IMG/VR virus record: IMGVR_UViG_3300007775_000001
Span: 50,951-114,950 of that record
Reading direction: 5' to 3' (one strand)
DNA length: 64,000 bases
Origin: a virus
Numbering within the stretch: position 1 is the stretch's first letter; every line of letters begins with the position of its first letter. Below the pieces are notes generated by a model that ran no database searches, was not told where the DNA came from, and saw only the letters and a list, made by a program, of their open reading frames with translations. Below are positions 44,955 to 54,807 of this stretch, piece by piece. Position numbers and translations under genes: made by a program.

Positions 44955-47240
44955 ATGCCAAGAGGAACCCACAAGTACATTCGACGCGAAGGCACTTCGG
45001 GCAACTATCGCTACTTCTATTCCGATGCTCAAGGTCGGGAGAAGCCAGCGACGGACGAGAAGCATCGGAATGCTGTTCGCGATCACATTCGCCGTCTGAT
45101 CATTCATTTTCTTGGTCAAGGCGCACGGCCAAACTCAGAGGTGATGCAGCAAATTGCGAACGAGGTGGGCGTTTCTGTCCGTACGGTCTGGGACAATCTT
45201 TCCAATATGCGTCAACGTGGTTCGCGGCGTGTGCGTAGGAATGAAGTGTCTGCGGCTGGTCAAGACTTGGCTGCATGGGGTCACGATTACGATACGCATC
45301 ATATCAGTGAGGCGGGATCGAGTGTTGGTTCTGCGATGAATCAAGAAGCTGTTGATCGTGCTCGTGGAGTTGAACGGGCTTCTTCCAGACCAACACCAGA
45401 AAGGGTGCGTGCAAACAGGGTAGCTTCCCAGCAGCCCGGTTGGTCTCAGGTCAATGATCTTGCTACGTTTCGCACCAAGGCCAGTACGAGACCCGGTTTG
45501 CGTTTCGGTTTTTTGAACGAGCACGGCGATCCGTCTCTATATCAGGTGACGGGTGTCGTGCCCACTGGTATTTCCGTCAGCATCGTTCAGAATCCAGTCG
45601 ATCCAAGTCGTGTTGGACACGTAGGGGATATCCACAACAATTACCTGAGCACGGTGATTTCAGAGGGTCGGCTTGGTATTCCCGATACTCAAGAAACACC
45701 ATCAACACCTCCTCAGATTGAAAGGGAAGCGCAAGAAGCTGAACCTTCTGATGAGGGTTCTCCCGCTCCACATGTGACGGGCCTGACACAAACTCTGTCT
45801 TATTGGCTCAATCTTGATCGTAGGGCGAGAAGCACATCGGCTGTAACGAGTGCTCATGAATGGAGTCGGTTGGCTCGTAACTATGAGCTTGAACTCAACT
45901 ATGCGGCTGATGTTTTGAAGGATAATAACATCTCTCGTTGGAGAGATGTTCGGGCAACGGCTGGGATCATTGGCTCGTTGATGAGTGGTAGTCATTCGGT
46001 CGGTGACAAGGCGGCTGCACTCAACAATGCTCGCGTGCAGTTGAGATGGGCTTCTGGTGCTGTCTATGCAATCCGTTCTGCTCGTGGCGAGCGGGGCAAT
46101 GATCGGAGTCTTCGCAGTTTGACGGGTAAATCTGTGGAAGTTGTGCGGCCTGCTCTTCGAGACAATGATCTTGTGGTTCTGCCGAGTGGCGTTGTCGCTG
46201 AGATTCAGAACCATGATGACAGGGGTTTCACGGTTCGCACTCAATACGATCCGGGTGGCGCTCTTCCTCAGACGATTGAAGTTCGTGGAAGTTTGGTTGA
46301 GCAGATCGCGTCTGGTTCGTATCTCCATGTGAAATCATCGCGTGAACCAATTCCTGTTGTTGAAGCAGAGAGCAGGCGGACGCGCCGACCAAATCTTGCT
46401 CTGGGTAACAGAGTGAGAACACGGACGGGTCAGACCGGAACTGTTGTATCCATGCATCGCAATAACGAGAATACGGGGTGGGGTGGTGCCCACGTGGCAT
46501 GGGACTCTTCTCCCGATAATCCCGTGTATGTGAATGCCTCTGGATTGCGACGGATGGAGCATAGCAGACCGTCTTCAACTGATCCGCGACCCGAAACTCC
46601 TGAGCTTCAGAGCACTTTCGAGCAGAGAATCCGTGGCTCTCATGGTCGAAGCGAGAACACTTTCCAACTAGACACGAGTCGAATGGAAGGTGCAAGACAT
46701 GGTGGTTTGCACACTGGAACCTATCAAGTGTTGTATGTTCATGGAGGAACAGTAACGCTTGGTATTCCTAATGGTGGACAGCATTCCATTCCGATCACGG
46801 AACTTGACAGGATGAGAAGGTCTGGTGCGACTTTCAGATTCGCACCGGTTAGAGGTCAACACGACTACTTTACAAGTGCATACAATCCGGTTCCATTGCA
46901 GCGTGTGGGTGCTGAGCCGCCCCCAAGACATGCACCAACTGCTGACCCACATCCTGCACATCGTCCTGAGAATGCAGCGGGCGAGGTTGCTGCTTCTCCG
47001 ATTGCCGGAACGCCTGCTGAGATTAGAGAAAGGTTGCGACGTGAACACGGGATCGATCTTGATCGTGTGACACGACATCGCTTCGGAATCAATCGCTCGT
47101 TCATTGTCGAGGAGAAACAAACTCTTCGGAAGGGACGTGTGCTGTTGGTCGTTGACAAGGATGCCGAAGAGGCTGATGGATTTCAAAGTCTGATTCACGA
47201 GAGAACTCATGACTTGCGATCTTACGTGTCGGTGCGGTAA
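44955..47240 (+). CDS. modular protein: HKYIRR motif, HTH and SH3/KOW-like domains
   Basis: QQIANEVGVSVRTVWDNLSNMRQRG (HTH); LGNRVRTRTGQTGTVV (SH3-like). Confidence 0.7.
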   Translation: MPRGTHKYIRREGTSGNYRYFYSDAQGREKPATDEKHRNAVRDHIRRLIIHFLGQGARPNSEVMQQIANEVGVSVRTVWDNLSNMRQRGSRRVRRNEVSAAGQDLAAWGHDYDTHHISEAGSSVGSAMNQEAVDRARGVERASSRPTPERVRANRVASQQPGWSQVNDLATFRTKASTRPGLRFGFLNEHGDPSLYQVTGVVPTGISVSIVQNPVDPSRVGHVGDIHNNYLSTVISEGRLGIPDTQETPSTPPQIEREAQEAEPSDEGSPAPHVTGLTQTLSYWLNLDRRARSTSAVTSAHEWSRLARNYELELNYAADVLKDNNISRWRDVRATAGIIGSLMSGSHSVGDKAAALNNARVQLRWASGAVYAIRSARGERGNDRSLRSLTGKSVEVVRPALRDNDLVVLPSGVVAEIQNHDDRGFTVRTQYDPGGALPQTIEVRGSLVEQIASGSYLHVKSSREPIPVVEAESRRTRRPNLALGNRVRTRTGQTGTVVSMHRNNENTGWGGAHVAWDSSPDNPVYVNASGLRRMEHSRPSSTDPRPETPELQSTFEQRIRGSHGRSENTFQLDTSRMEGARHGGLHTGTYQVLYVHGGTVTLGIPNGGQHSIPITELDRMRRSGATFRFAPVRGQHDYFTSAYNPVPLQRVGAEPPPRHAPTADPHPAHRPENAAGEVAASPIAGTPAEIRERLRREHGIDLDRVTRHRFGINRSFIVEEKQTLRKGRVLLVVDKDAEEADGFQSLIHERTHDLRSYVSVR

Positions 47241-47427
47241 CAAGCTGGCGAAGTCTCAGAACGGTGAGGTCAAACTTCGCGTCAAGCTCGTGAAGTGGAA
47301 CCGCAACGGGATGTTCGCTGTATGCAAGTCGTGCGGTGACGATGTTTCCGTGGATGTCGAATTCTTGAAGGGGCTGGAGTCTAGCTTTGCCTATGAGGTG
47401 GAAGCTCACTCTTCAGTTTCTACGTAG
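47209..47427 (+). CDS. small zinc-ribbon protein
   Basis: CRCGNKLAK...VCKSCG. Confidence 0.7.
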   Translation: MTCDLTCRCGNKLAKSQNGEVKLRVKLVKWNRNGMFAVCKSCGDDVSVDVEFLKGLESSFAYEVEAHSSVST

Positions 47428-47431
47428 AAAC
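47416..47431. repeat. dispersed 16-bp palindrome, copy 7
   Basis: GTTTCTACGTAGAAAC overlapping stop codon. Confidence 0.95.
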
Positions 47432-47477
47432 CCGATAAGGCTGTCAAGAGCAATCAAAACTTCGAGGAGTCAGAACC

Positions 47478-47927
47478 ATGGCGTACAGAAATAGCGTATT
47501 GCGAGACCTTTTTCCGGAACAGGACAAGTTTCTTCAGGCTCTTGCTGAGATACGTGATGATCCGTATCAGCATGTGTTCGAATTTCCTGGTGTGGCTTCA
47601 AACAACAACGAGTGGGCTCCTGGTCGCAAGATCGAGATCGTTGGCCTTCGGGTAGCGAATGGCGCGGTTGCACAGGCGGCTTCGACCAACACGACAGCCA
47701 TTGGTCTTGACACCTACAACAACGATCCAACTACACCGGCCAAGACACACGACCCGGCGGACAAAGCTGCTGCGACAGCTATCCCCGCTCATGGTTGGAT
47801 CAGTCTTCCTGTTCCTACCGATGGTTCTCAGTTTGTCGAAGCGACAGAATCTCTGTTCGCATCGAGAACCATTGCGGGTACTCAAGCGGAATGCGCTCTC
47901 ATCGTGGATTACGTGTATCGCGACTAG
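47478..47927 (+). CDS. putative virion (decoration-like) protein
   Basis: GAGGAG RBS; Ala/Thr-rich beta protein in head module. Confidence 0.55.
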   Translation: MAYRNSVLRDLFPEQDKFLQALAEIRDDPYQHVFEFPGVASNNNEWAPGRKIEIVGLRVANGAVAQAASTNTTAIGLDTYNNDPTTPAKTHDPADKAAATAIPAHGWISLPVPTDGSQFVEATESLFASRTIAGTQAECALIVDYVYRD

Positions 47928-48035
47928 GGGTTGACATTCTGAAAGTTCAGTTGTAGGGTAATCAAAATCCTACCTCGCAAGAGACTCGCGTTTGACGGAG
48001 TGGCGGGGGATGCAGGCGAAACAGGGTCTCTTGCT

Positions 48036-48902
48036 ATGCATGCCTCAGATTTCTTCATTGGCGAAGAAGCTTTCCGTGTGATCGTTCCTGAAGTAGCTTT
48101 CTTTGAGAAGGCTGATCAGGAAGAATTCAACAGTCGTCAAATCGCTGGCGTCATGTCCAGCGAGCGCACGGATCGTCAGGATGAGATTGTCATTGCCAAG
48201 GGTCTCGACTTCGAAGATTTCCTGAAGTCGGGTCACTTCAATGACAATCACAGTCAAGAGACCTCTGCAATCGTTGGCTACCCCGAAGAAGTCAAGCACC
48301 ATGAAGACCTTGGTTCGGTCAACAAGGCTCTCGAAGGTGCTCCTGGATGGACGTGCCGTGGCTATGTGCTGAAAGGCACCAAGCGTGCGGATGCAATCTG
48401 GGAACTTGCCAAGTCTCTTGCCGGAAACCCCAAGAAGAAGCTGGGCTTTTCTATCGAGGGGAAGATCATCCGTCGTTCTGATCATCGTATCGAGAAAGCG
48501 AGAATTCGGAACGTGGCAATCACAAACTGTCCTGTCAACACAGATGCAACCTGGAGTGTGTTGACCAAGTCCTTCTTGGACAGTGACTTTGCTATCAAGT
48601 CTTTGTCGGCTGGATACGCTACCAGTCCTGGTGTGCAATCTGGTGGTGGTGCTCTTCGCACTGAAGACCTCGATTCAGACGAGAAAGACGTGATGGAGGA
48701 GCGGAAGCGGAAAGAAGCCGCCAAGCTCAAAAGGGCGATGGACGCTCTTGCGAACGAGATCGGGTTCGACAATCTGCTGAAGGCAATGCAGGTGGTGATG
48801 GAGGAGCGGCCAGAATTCACAGAAGAGGCAGCCGCCTGCCTCGTGGTACGGAAATTCTTTGCCAAAGGAGCAAGCCATGAGCATTCAGTACGGGCGGCTT
48901 GA
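48036..48902 (+). CDS. prohead protease
   Basis: IAG.MS....DRQDE.V...GLD...F...G.FN..H...IVG.P; LGFSIEG; VAIT.CPVN.DATW. Confidence 0.9.
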   Translation: MHASDFFIGEEAFRVIVPEVAFFEKADQEEFNSRQIAGVMSSERTDRQDEIVIAKGLDFEDFLKSGHFNDNHSQETSAIVGYPEEVKHHEDLGSVNKALEGAPGWTCRGYVLKGTKRADAIWELAKSLAGNPKKKLGFSIEGKIIRRSDHRIEKARIRNVAITNCPVNTDATWSVLTKSFLDSDFAIKSLSAGYATSPGVQSGGGALRTEDLDSDEKDVMEERKRKEAAKLKRAMDALANEIGFDNLLKAMQVVMEERPEFTEEAAACLVVRKFFAKGASHEHSVRAA

Positions 48903-49101
48903 GTCCGCCAGTCAGAAGGTGATCAACGATACACCTTCTGTGAAAGTGGCCGCGATGCTGAGCAAGCAAGATGAGATCATCGATACGCTTGCCTCCCTGA
49001 CTGCGAAGATGGATGCGGACTTCGCTGATGTGGCCAATGCATCTGTGAACTATGCGGCGTCGATTACGGATGGTCTGACCAAGATCGACATCATTGACTA
49101 G
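48877..49101 (+). CDS. small head protein
   Basis: AAGGAG RBS; LTAKMDAD motif. Confidence 0.6.
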   Translation: MSIQYGRLESASQKVINDTPSVKVAAMLSKQDEIIDTLASLTAKMDADFADVANASVNYAASITDGLTKIDIID

Positions 49102-49116
49102 ACCTGGAGAGTGATC

Positions 49117-49956
49117 ATGCCAAAGGAAATCAGTCGTGACGATGTCCTGAAGGCTTTGGGAGAGCTTGAGGGTCATCTTCTTGGTCTCGATGGTGACGAT
49201 CTGGAAGATGATGTAACCAAGGCTTCCGAAGACGATCTGGATCAACCAGAAGGCGGGGACATGGGTTGGGGTGCTAACGGTAATCCCAAACTGTCCGATG
49301 AAGCGAATGATGACAACGGAGCCGGTGGGGCCAAGAAGAAGTCGCCCAAGAGCGGTTCTGTCAAGTCGGTGACCGGCAACAACAACAAGGTGAACGCCAT
49401 GGGCGACGATCTGTTGGACAAGTCCCACAAGGACTTCATGGATGACGAGGTGACAACCAAGATTGACGTGTCTGACTTCCTGAAGTCCATGGTTGAGGGC
49501 ACCGGGAAGTACATGGACAATCTTCGGGATGCTCTCGTGAAGTCGAGCGAGATCAATGAGGCGCGGTTCGATGATCTGATGACGGCTCATCAGGAAGTCG
49601 TTCAGAATCAAGCCAAATTGGGCGTGGTTCTGAAGGCGATCTGCGAGCGCATTGGTATGATCGAGAACTCGCCTGCTCATTCGGCCAAGTCCGACACGGT
49701 TGCCAAAGCTGGTGACGGTGCCCCAGCAGAGCGTCAGTTCCATCAAGGTCAAGAGCAGGAAGGCAATCAGCCCATCCTGAAGGGACTGAACAGCAATCCT
49801 ATGATTGCGAAGTCTCAGATTGCCGATACCCTGATCGGTCTCGTCAAGAAGGGTGAGGCGGAAGAAATGGACGTTGTCCAGTTCGATACGAACGGAATGA
49901 TCCGTCCAGAACTCATGCCCAAGCTTCAAGAGAAGTTTGGGATGCAGGCCAACTAG
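49117..49956 (+). CDS. putative capsid scaffolding protein
   Basis: Acidic/coiled-coil, between protease and MCP, with numerous xxK[ASG] sites. Confidence 0.7.
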   Translation: MPKEISRDDVLKALGELEGHLLGLDGDDLEDDVTKASEDDLDQPEGGDMGWGANGNPKLSDEANDDNGAGGAKKKSPKSGSVKSVTGNNNKVNAMGDDLLDKSHKDFMDDEVTTKIDVSDFLKSMVEGTGKYMDNLRDALVKSSEINEARFDDLMTAHQEVVQNQAKLGVVLKAICERIGMIENSPAHSAKSDTVAKAGDGAPAERQFHQGQEQEGNQPILKGLNSNPMIAKSQIADTLIGLVKKGEAEEMDVVQFDTNGMIRPELMPKLQEKFGMQAN

Positions 49957-49992
49957 AACGGCTGGATTCATTAAGGTGCAAGGAGAACAACG

Positions 49993-51468
49993 ATGAATGT
50001 TCCAATCATCGATCCGCGCCAGTATGAATCTCTTGGCAGAGATTTCAATGGATTTGGTGAATCCAGCCAAGAGATCGTCGCTGATCTGAACAAGGCTCTG
50101 TCGGCTGGCTACGCTACCGATCCGGCTTCTCAGTCGGCTGGCGGTGCGCTGCGCGTGGAGTCGTTGGATGCGACGTTGAAGATCGTGTCCTTCATGATGA
50201 AGCACATCCGGCTCTACAACGATGTGCCGAAGTCCAAGGCGTACAACACGGTGGAGGAGTACAACCTGCTCAGCAAGTATGGTGGGCGGGGGAGCTACTT
50301 CATCTCCGAAGGTGGTCTTCCTCGAACAGAGGATTCGACCTACCAACGCAAGGTGCAATTCGTGAAGTACATGGGCACCACAAGAGAGGTGACCCATCCG
50401 ATGCTTCTCGTCCGCCCTGCCCACGGAAACGTGGTTGCGTTGGAGACCAAGAATGGTTCGATGTGGATGCTGCAACGGATGGAAGAGGCTTTGTTCAAGG
50501 CCAACTCCGCTTCCGTGCCGCTGGCCTTCGATGGTCTGGATACTCAGTTGAAGGCTGGGTATGCAGATGCCGATACTGCTGGCGACGGCATTGCCGACAC
50601 TTCGGCCGTACATGTGCTCGACCTTCGGGGCGATCCACTGACGGAAGCTGTCTTCGAAGAAGCGGCGAAAGTCCTGCTCGACAACTATATGTTTCCAACG
50701 CACATGTACTTGCCGAATCAGGCGCACAGCGACTTCAACAAGATGTTCTTCAGCAAGGGTCGCTACAACATCCCGGTCGGTCAGGACATGGCGGTTGGTT
50801 TCAATACCGAAGCTGTGAAGACTTCCGGCGGCGCGGTGCAACTGCGGCCCGATGTGTTCCTGAGAACGGATCAGCAACCACCCACGACGGCGGACAACTC
50901 TTCCGCTCCGACCGCTCCTGCTTCGGCAACGGTTGCGGTGCAAGCGAAATCCACATCTCGTGGCTTCAAGACTGCTGAGTTCGGAACCTATGCCTACAAA
51001 GTGACTGCGATTTCGCAGTCTGGCGAATCGGCTCCGACTGCTGGTTCCGGGAACGCGGTGGTTGCTGCTCTGGGTGCTTCGGACGAGGTGAAGATTACCA
51101 TCGGTCGGGGTGCTCAGTCTGGCAACGATCTGACCACTGGTTACCGCATTTACCGCACGCGGTTGGAAGACGGCGCACCGGGAACGACTTGGTACTTTGT
51201 GACCGAGATTGCTTCTTCGGGTGCATCCACGATCTACCTGGACGGCAACGAGTTCTTGCCCGGTTTGGGTACTGCCTACATGGGGCAGATGGATGAGACA
51301 GTGTTGACCCTGAGAGAACTGAGCCCGATGCTCAAGTTCCCCCTGGCGACCATCGCATCCAGCATTCGGTGGATGCAACTGTACTACAACACGCCGATTA
51401 TCTTCCGCCCGCGTGGATGGGTGATCGTCAAGAACATCGGGCGCACTGGCGTACCGACTCTTGGCTAG
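49993..51468 (+). CDS. major capsid protein (Herelleviridae-type precursor)
   Basis: LNKA/LSAGY...GGALRVESLD; TVEEY; EG....D....RK....KYM; FDGL; PRGWVIVKNI. Confidence 0.93.
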   Translation: MNVPIIDPRQYESLGRDFNGFGESSQEIVADLNKALSAGYATDPASQSAGGALRVESLDATLKIVSFMMKHIRLYNDVPKSKAYNTVEEYNLLSKYGGRGSYFISEGGLPRTEDSTYQRKVQFVKYMGTTREVTHPMLLVRPAHGNVVALETKNGSMWMLQRMEEALFKANSASVPLAFDGLDTQLKAGYADADTAGDGIADTSAVHVLDLRGDPLTEAVFEEAAKVLLDNYMFPTHMYLPNQAHSDFNKMFFSKGRYNIPVGQDMAVGFNTEAVKTSGGAVQLRPDVFLRTDQQPPTTADNSSAPTAPASATVAVQAKSTSRGFKTAEFGTYAYKVTAISQSGESAPTAGSGNAVVAALGASDEVKITIGRGAQSGNDLTTGYRIYRTRLEDGAPGTTWYFVTEIASSGASTIYLDGNEFLPGLGTAYMGQMDETVLTLRELSPMLKFPLATIASSIRWMQLYYNTPIIFRPRGWVIVKNIGRTGVPTLG

Positions 51469-51477
51469 ATTGAACTG

Positions 51478-51505
51478 AGCCTCTAGGGATAACACCCTAG
51501 AGGCT
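51478..51505 (+). terminator. hairpin after major capsid gene
   Basis: AGCCTCTAGGG/CCCTAGAGGCT; weak U tail. Confidence 0.5.
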
Positions 51506-51527
51506 TCACCACGATTGGGAGATGATC

Positions 51528-51902
51528 ATGAAGTTTTTCATGGGCGAAGCACGCATCGGTCAGGTCTTTTGTGCTCCCGGCCCGAAAGATTACACGGTCG
51601 ATGAGCGCGGGATCATGGAAGTGAAGGACAAGAAGCACGTCGAGCATTTCACTGCCGCTGGTTTCGCTACTTACGATCCGGACAATCCGATTCATCAGGT
51701 TGGCGGGAACACTCCTCAAATTGAAGAAGAGGAGCCGAAAGAAGAGACAGACGATGAACCTTCGAAAGAAGAGAAGGACACCGACTCTGAAAAGAAGCCC
51801 GAAGGCAAGGTTGACTCAACAGAAGCAGCCAAGCCAACGGAAGAAGTGAACAAGGCCGAAGGCGGCGATGGCAAGAATCCGAAGTGGACACGAGGTAAAT
51901 AG
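51528..51902 (+). CDS. hypothetical virion-associated protein
   Basis: Follows MCP; acidic tail. Confidence 0.6.
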   Translation: MKFFMGEARIGQVFCAPGPKDYTVDERGIMEVKDKKHVEHFTAAGFATYDPDNPIHQVGGNTPQIEEEEPKEETDDEPSKEEKDTDSEKKPEGKVDSTEAAKPTEEVNKAEGGDGKNPKWTRGK

Positions 51903-51907
51903 TCGCC

Positions 51908-52249
51908 ATGACAACTGAACTCAAGAATCGGGTCACTCCGTATTTGGATGTGGTGGATGTTGTCCGCTTCAAGCCGGACAAGACTACTACTCCGGTGCGG
52001 AACACTGCGCCTATCGTAACCGTGAATGGTGCGGTGAAGATCAAGCCTCGAACGAGGTATTTGCTGATCGTTGACACGACCGCGATTCGGTTCAAGTTGT
52101 CGGTTGCTGGGACGGGTGCGGCGGCTGCTACGGATACATTGTGGCCGCCAAACACGCCATTGGTGTTTGACTCTGAGACCTTCGACACGTTCCATGCGAA
52201 CGGTACGACTGGCACTTTGACGGAGCTTGGAACGTCAAACAATGCATAG
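51908..52249 (+). CDS. hypothetical structural protein
   Basis: GAGGT RBS; position in module. Confidence 0.6.
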   Translation: MTTELKNRVTPYLDVVDVVRFKPDKTTTPVRNTAPIVTVNGAVKIKPRTRYLLIVDTTAIRFKLSVAGTGAAAATDTLWPPNTPLVFDSETFDTFHANGTTGTLTELGTSNNA

Positions 52250-52258
52250 GTTGACCCC

Positions 52259-52480
52259 GTGTTCTCGACGCTGAATTACTTGTTCGCTTCCTATCTTCAG
52301 ACTCGCGAAGGTGGCAGTCACAAGATAGAGAAGGTTGAAAAGCTTCGGGTCGGCAAGGCTCGATTCTTTTTTGACCTCTCTAGCGAGGAGGCCACTCAAC
52401 TCCAGTTGGCATTTCACAATTCTGCCGCTCATGAGTTCGAGACGATCAGAAAGAAAACGATCAATCTGGCCTACAAGTGA
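52259..52480 (+). CDS. hypothetical protein
   Basis: FSTLNYLFASYL...FFFD phage family. Confidence 0.55.
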   Translation: MFSTLNYLFASYLQTREGGSHKIEKVEKLRVGKARFFFDLSSEEATQLQLAFHNSAAHEFETIRKKTINLAYK

Positions 52481-52483
52481 CCC

Positions 52484-53266
52484 ATGCCAAATGCTCACAA
52501 CATCCGGACTCTGAATGATGTAGATGTCATTACCGCAACAGAACTGAGAGCACTGTATCTGTTCGGCGTGACATTGAAGGATGGAGACGGCAATGATATG
52601 CCGGACTCTACGTTGACTCACTACATCAAGTCTGCGATGCGGTGGCTCGAAGCGGAAATCCCTGGTCTGATTTTCAATGAGAGTGTAGTTATCACTGATG
52701 AGGTGCATGATTATTACTTCTCAGACTATACAAACTTCGGTGCGATTCAGACGAGGCATTTCCCTGTACTCTCGATTGAGAAGTATGCTGTTCAGTTCCC
52801 GCTTAACACGACTCTTATTGAGTTCAGTACGGATTGGTTGAAGGTCTCCAATATCAGTGGTCACATCAATCTGATTCCGACTCAGGGGACGTTGAGTAGC
52901 ATTCTGATTGGTCAGGGTGGCTCGTTCTTGCCACTGGTTTATAGTGGTCAGGGACATGTTCCATTCTTGATCCATGTGAATTATACAGCCGGGTTTGCGG
53001 CTGGCAAAATTCCAGAGATCATCAAAGACCTCGTTGGTCAGAAGGCAGCCATTGGTGTTCTGCACATCATGGGTGACTTGATTGCTGGTGCTGGTATTGC
53101 TAACAAGTCAATCTCATTGGATGGTGTGAGTCAGTCTATCGGGACAACTTCTTCTGCGACCAATGCTGGCTATGGTGCCAGAATCATCAACTATGAGAAG
53201 CAGATCAAGGAAGCCCTAGAGCAACTGAGGAACTATTATGTTGGCATTAACATGGTGGTGGCCTGA
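52484..53266 (+). CDS. head-tail adaptor/neck protein
   Basis: YLFGV...D..G...PD; Y.AGF; GDLIAGAGIA..SISLDGVSQSI.TT.SA...GYGARI. Confidence 0.8.
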   Translation: MPNAHNIRTLNDVDVITATELRALYLFGVTLKDGDGNDMPDSTLTHYIKSAMRWLEAEIPGLIFNESVVITDEVHDYYFSDYTNFGAIQTRHFPVLSIEKYAVQFPLNTTLIEFSTDWLKVSNISGHINLIPTQGTLSSILIGQGGSFLPLVYSGQGHVPFLIHVNYTAGFAAGKIPEIIKDLVGQKAAIGVLHIMGDLIAGAGIANKSISLDGVSQSIGTTSSATNAGYGARIINYEKQIKEALEQLRNYYVGINMVVA

Positions 53267-54000
53267 TGCCAACGAGACCAAAAAGACTACCCGCTCTTCC
53301 TGAACGTGTTGATCTGAACATCGAGGAAATTGACAACCTCGTTGAAGATCAGGGCGTTTATTTGTTGGTCACACCTTCAATCCAATGTCCGAATCGAAGT
53401 GATATCACGAGCAACAACCATGTGCTTGATTGCCCGTTGTGCAATGGGAATCAGTCTCTTGATATCACGGCACAGGCGTTCAACGCATGGGGCGTGATTC
53501 AGAGCATCAACCTGAAGGCGGATTACGCGGTTCAGGGTAGGTTCGATATCAAAGATGCTCTGCTTACAACCAAATCTGGGATTCGGTTGTGGTATTGGTA
53601 CAAGATCGAGATTCTTGATCACACCTCTATCTTCAATGAGTTGGTGCAGCGATCTGGAGCTACCGACAAGCTCAGATATGTTGAGAAGACGAACATCAAT
53701 AATGACCCGGTCTATCTGATCGGTGCGGATGGGACTGCATACGTCAAGGGGACAGATTTCACGATTGCTGGTCAGGTGCTTACCTGGGTGACAGCGGGGC
53801 CAGTCGAAGGGTCTGTCTACTCCATCTCATATCCGATCTTGCCGACGTTTAGAGTGGTGGAATTCCTGAAGGAGAATCGGTACTACTACACAGACTTTCA
53901 TGCTGCTGTGAAGACACCGGTTCAACTTCCAATGCATTCAGTCCTGAGATGGGACTATCTTGCATTCGAGAGTGGTCAGAATGAGCCTGTTTCACAATAG
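53266..54000 (+). CDS. head completion/neck protein
   Basis: CP...CPLCNG N-terminal motif; conserved position. Confidence 0.7.
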   Translation: MPTRPKRLPALPERVDLNIEEIDNLVEDQGVYLLVTPSIQCPNRSDITSNNHVLDCPLCNGNQSLDITAQAFNAWGVIQSINLKADYAVQGRFDIKDALLTTKSGIRLWYWYKIEILDHTSIFNELVQRSGATDKLRYVEKTNINNDPVYLIGADGTAYVKGTDFTIAGQVLTWVTAGPVEGSVYSISYPILPTFRVVEFLKENRYYYTDFHAAVKTPVQLPMHSVLRWDYLAFESGQNEPVSQ

Positions 54001-54006
54001 GTGGTC

Positions 54007-54807
54007 ATGGGTTTGGTCTCTGTACAAGCGAAGCTTGATGACAAGGGAATTGACCTTGATCTGTGGGATTCTGCAACGGTAGAGGGGTTCCATCGTGGTA
54101 TCGCTGGGATTGCTCAGGGAGCCCATGCAGAATGGATGAGAATTGCACAGAACAGATTGCGTACCTCTCGCGCGATCTACATCAACGGTCTGCAACAGGC
54201 TGAATCATTCACGACGCAAGTGGTCGGAACGACTTCGGTCTTCGAGATCACGTTGGTAGGTCGCATGCCGAATGCCTTTGAGTTTGGCATGCCAGCATTC
54301 GATATGAAAGAAGTGCGTCCAGGGTGGTTGGGTGGACGTAGAGCGAAGACAGCATCGGATGGTCACAAGTACATTGTGATTCCGTTCAGACACTCTCTCA
54401 CGAGTGGGGCTTCGTTGGCCTATTCTGGGAAGGCTCGACGGGAAGATGTCATTTCGAATCTGAAAGATGTGGTCAGGAAATATGGGTTGAACAAGATGGT
54501 ACGCGGCCCCGGTGGTAGGGTGCTAACAGGCCCGGTCAAACGGCTCCCTCCTGGACAACCGAATGTGCATCGTTTCCTTGAAGGATTGACTCGCGTACAG
54601 GATCGGGTTGCTGGACGCACACCGTCTGGAAAGGAAAAGGGTTCTGGTCAACTGATGACGTGGCGGGTGATGTCGGACAAAAGTCCGCCCGGTTCCTGGG
54701 TTCATCCAGGATTGACAGCGGCGAACATCATGCCAGAGGTTGAAACCTGGATTGATGGTCAGTTGGGCAAGATCATTAACGAGATGTTTACAGCGGGAGT
54801 GCTCTGA
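54007..54807 (+). CDS. neck/tail completion protein
   Basis: DG.KYIVIPFRH...TWRVMSDKSP..SW.HPG. Confidence 0.7.
   Translation: MGLVSVQAKLDDKGIDLDLWDSATVEGFHRGIAGIAQGAHAEWMRIAQNRLRTSRAIYINGLQQAESFTTQVVGTTSVFEITLVGRMPNAFEFGMPAFDMKEVRPGWLGGRRAKTASDGHKYIVIPFRHSLTSGASLAYSGKARREDVISNLKDVVRKYGLNKMVRGPGGRVLTGPVKRLPPGQPNVHRFLEGLTRVQDRVAGRTPSGKEKGSGQLMTWRVMSDKSPPGSWVHPGLTAANIMPEVETWIDGQLGKIINEMFTAGVL

Noticed and set aside
48817-51495. 892-aa minus-strand ORF (and other long antisense ORFs such as 35254-36459 and 56096-57460)
   Set aside because: Antisense shadows of clear + strand genes with biased codon use; no recognisable motifs or RBS
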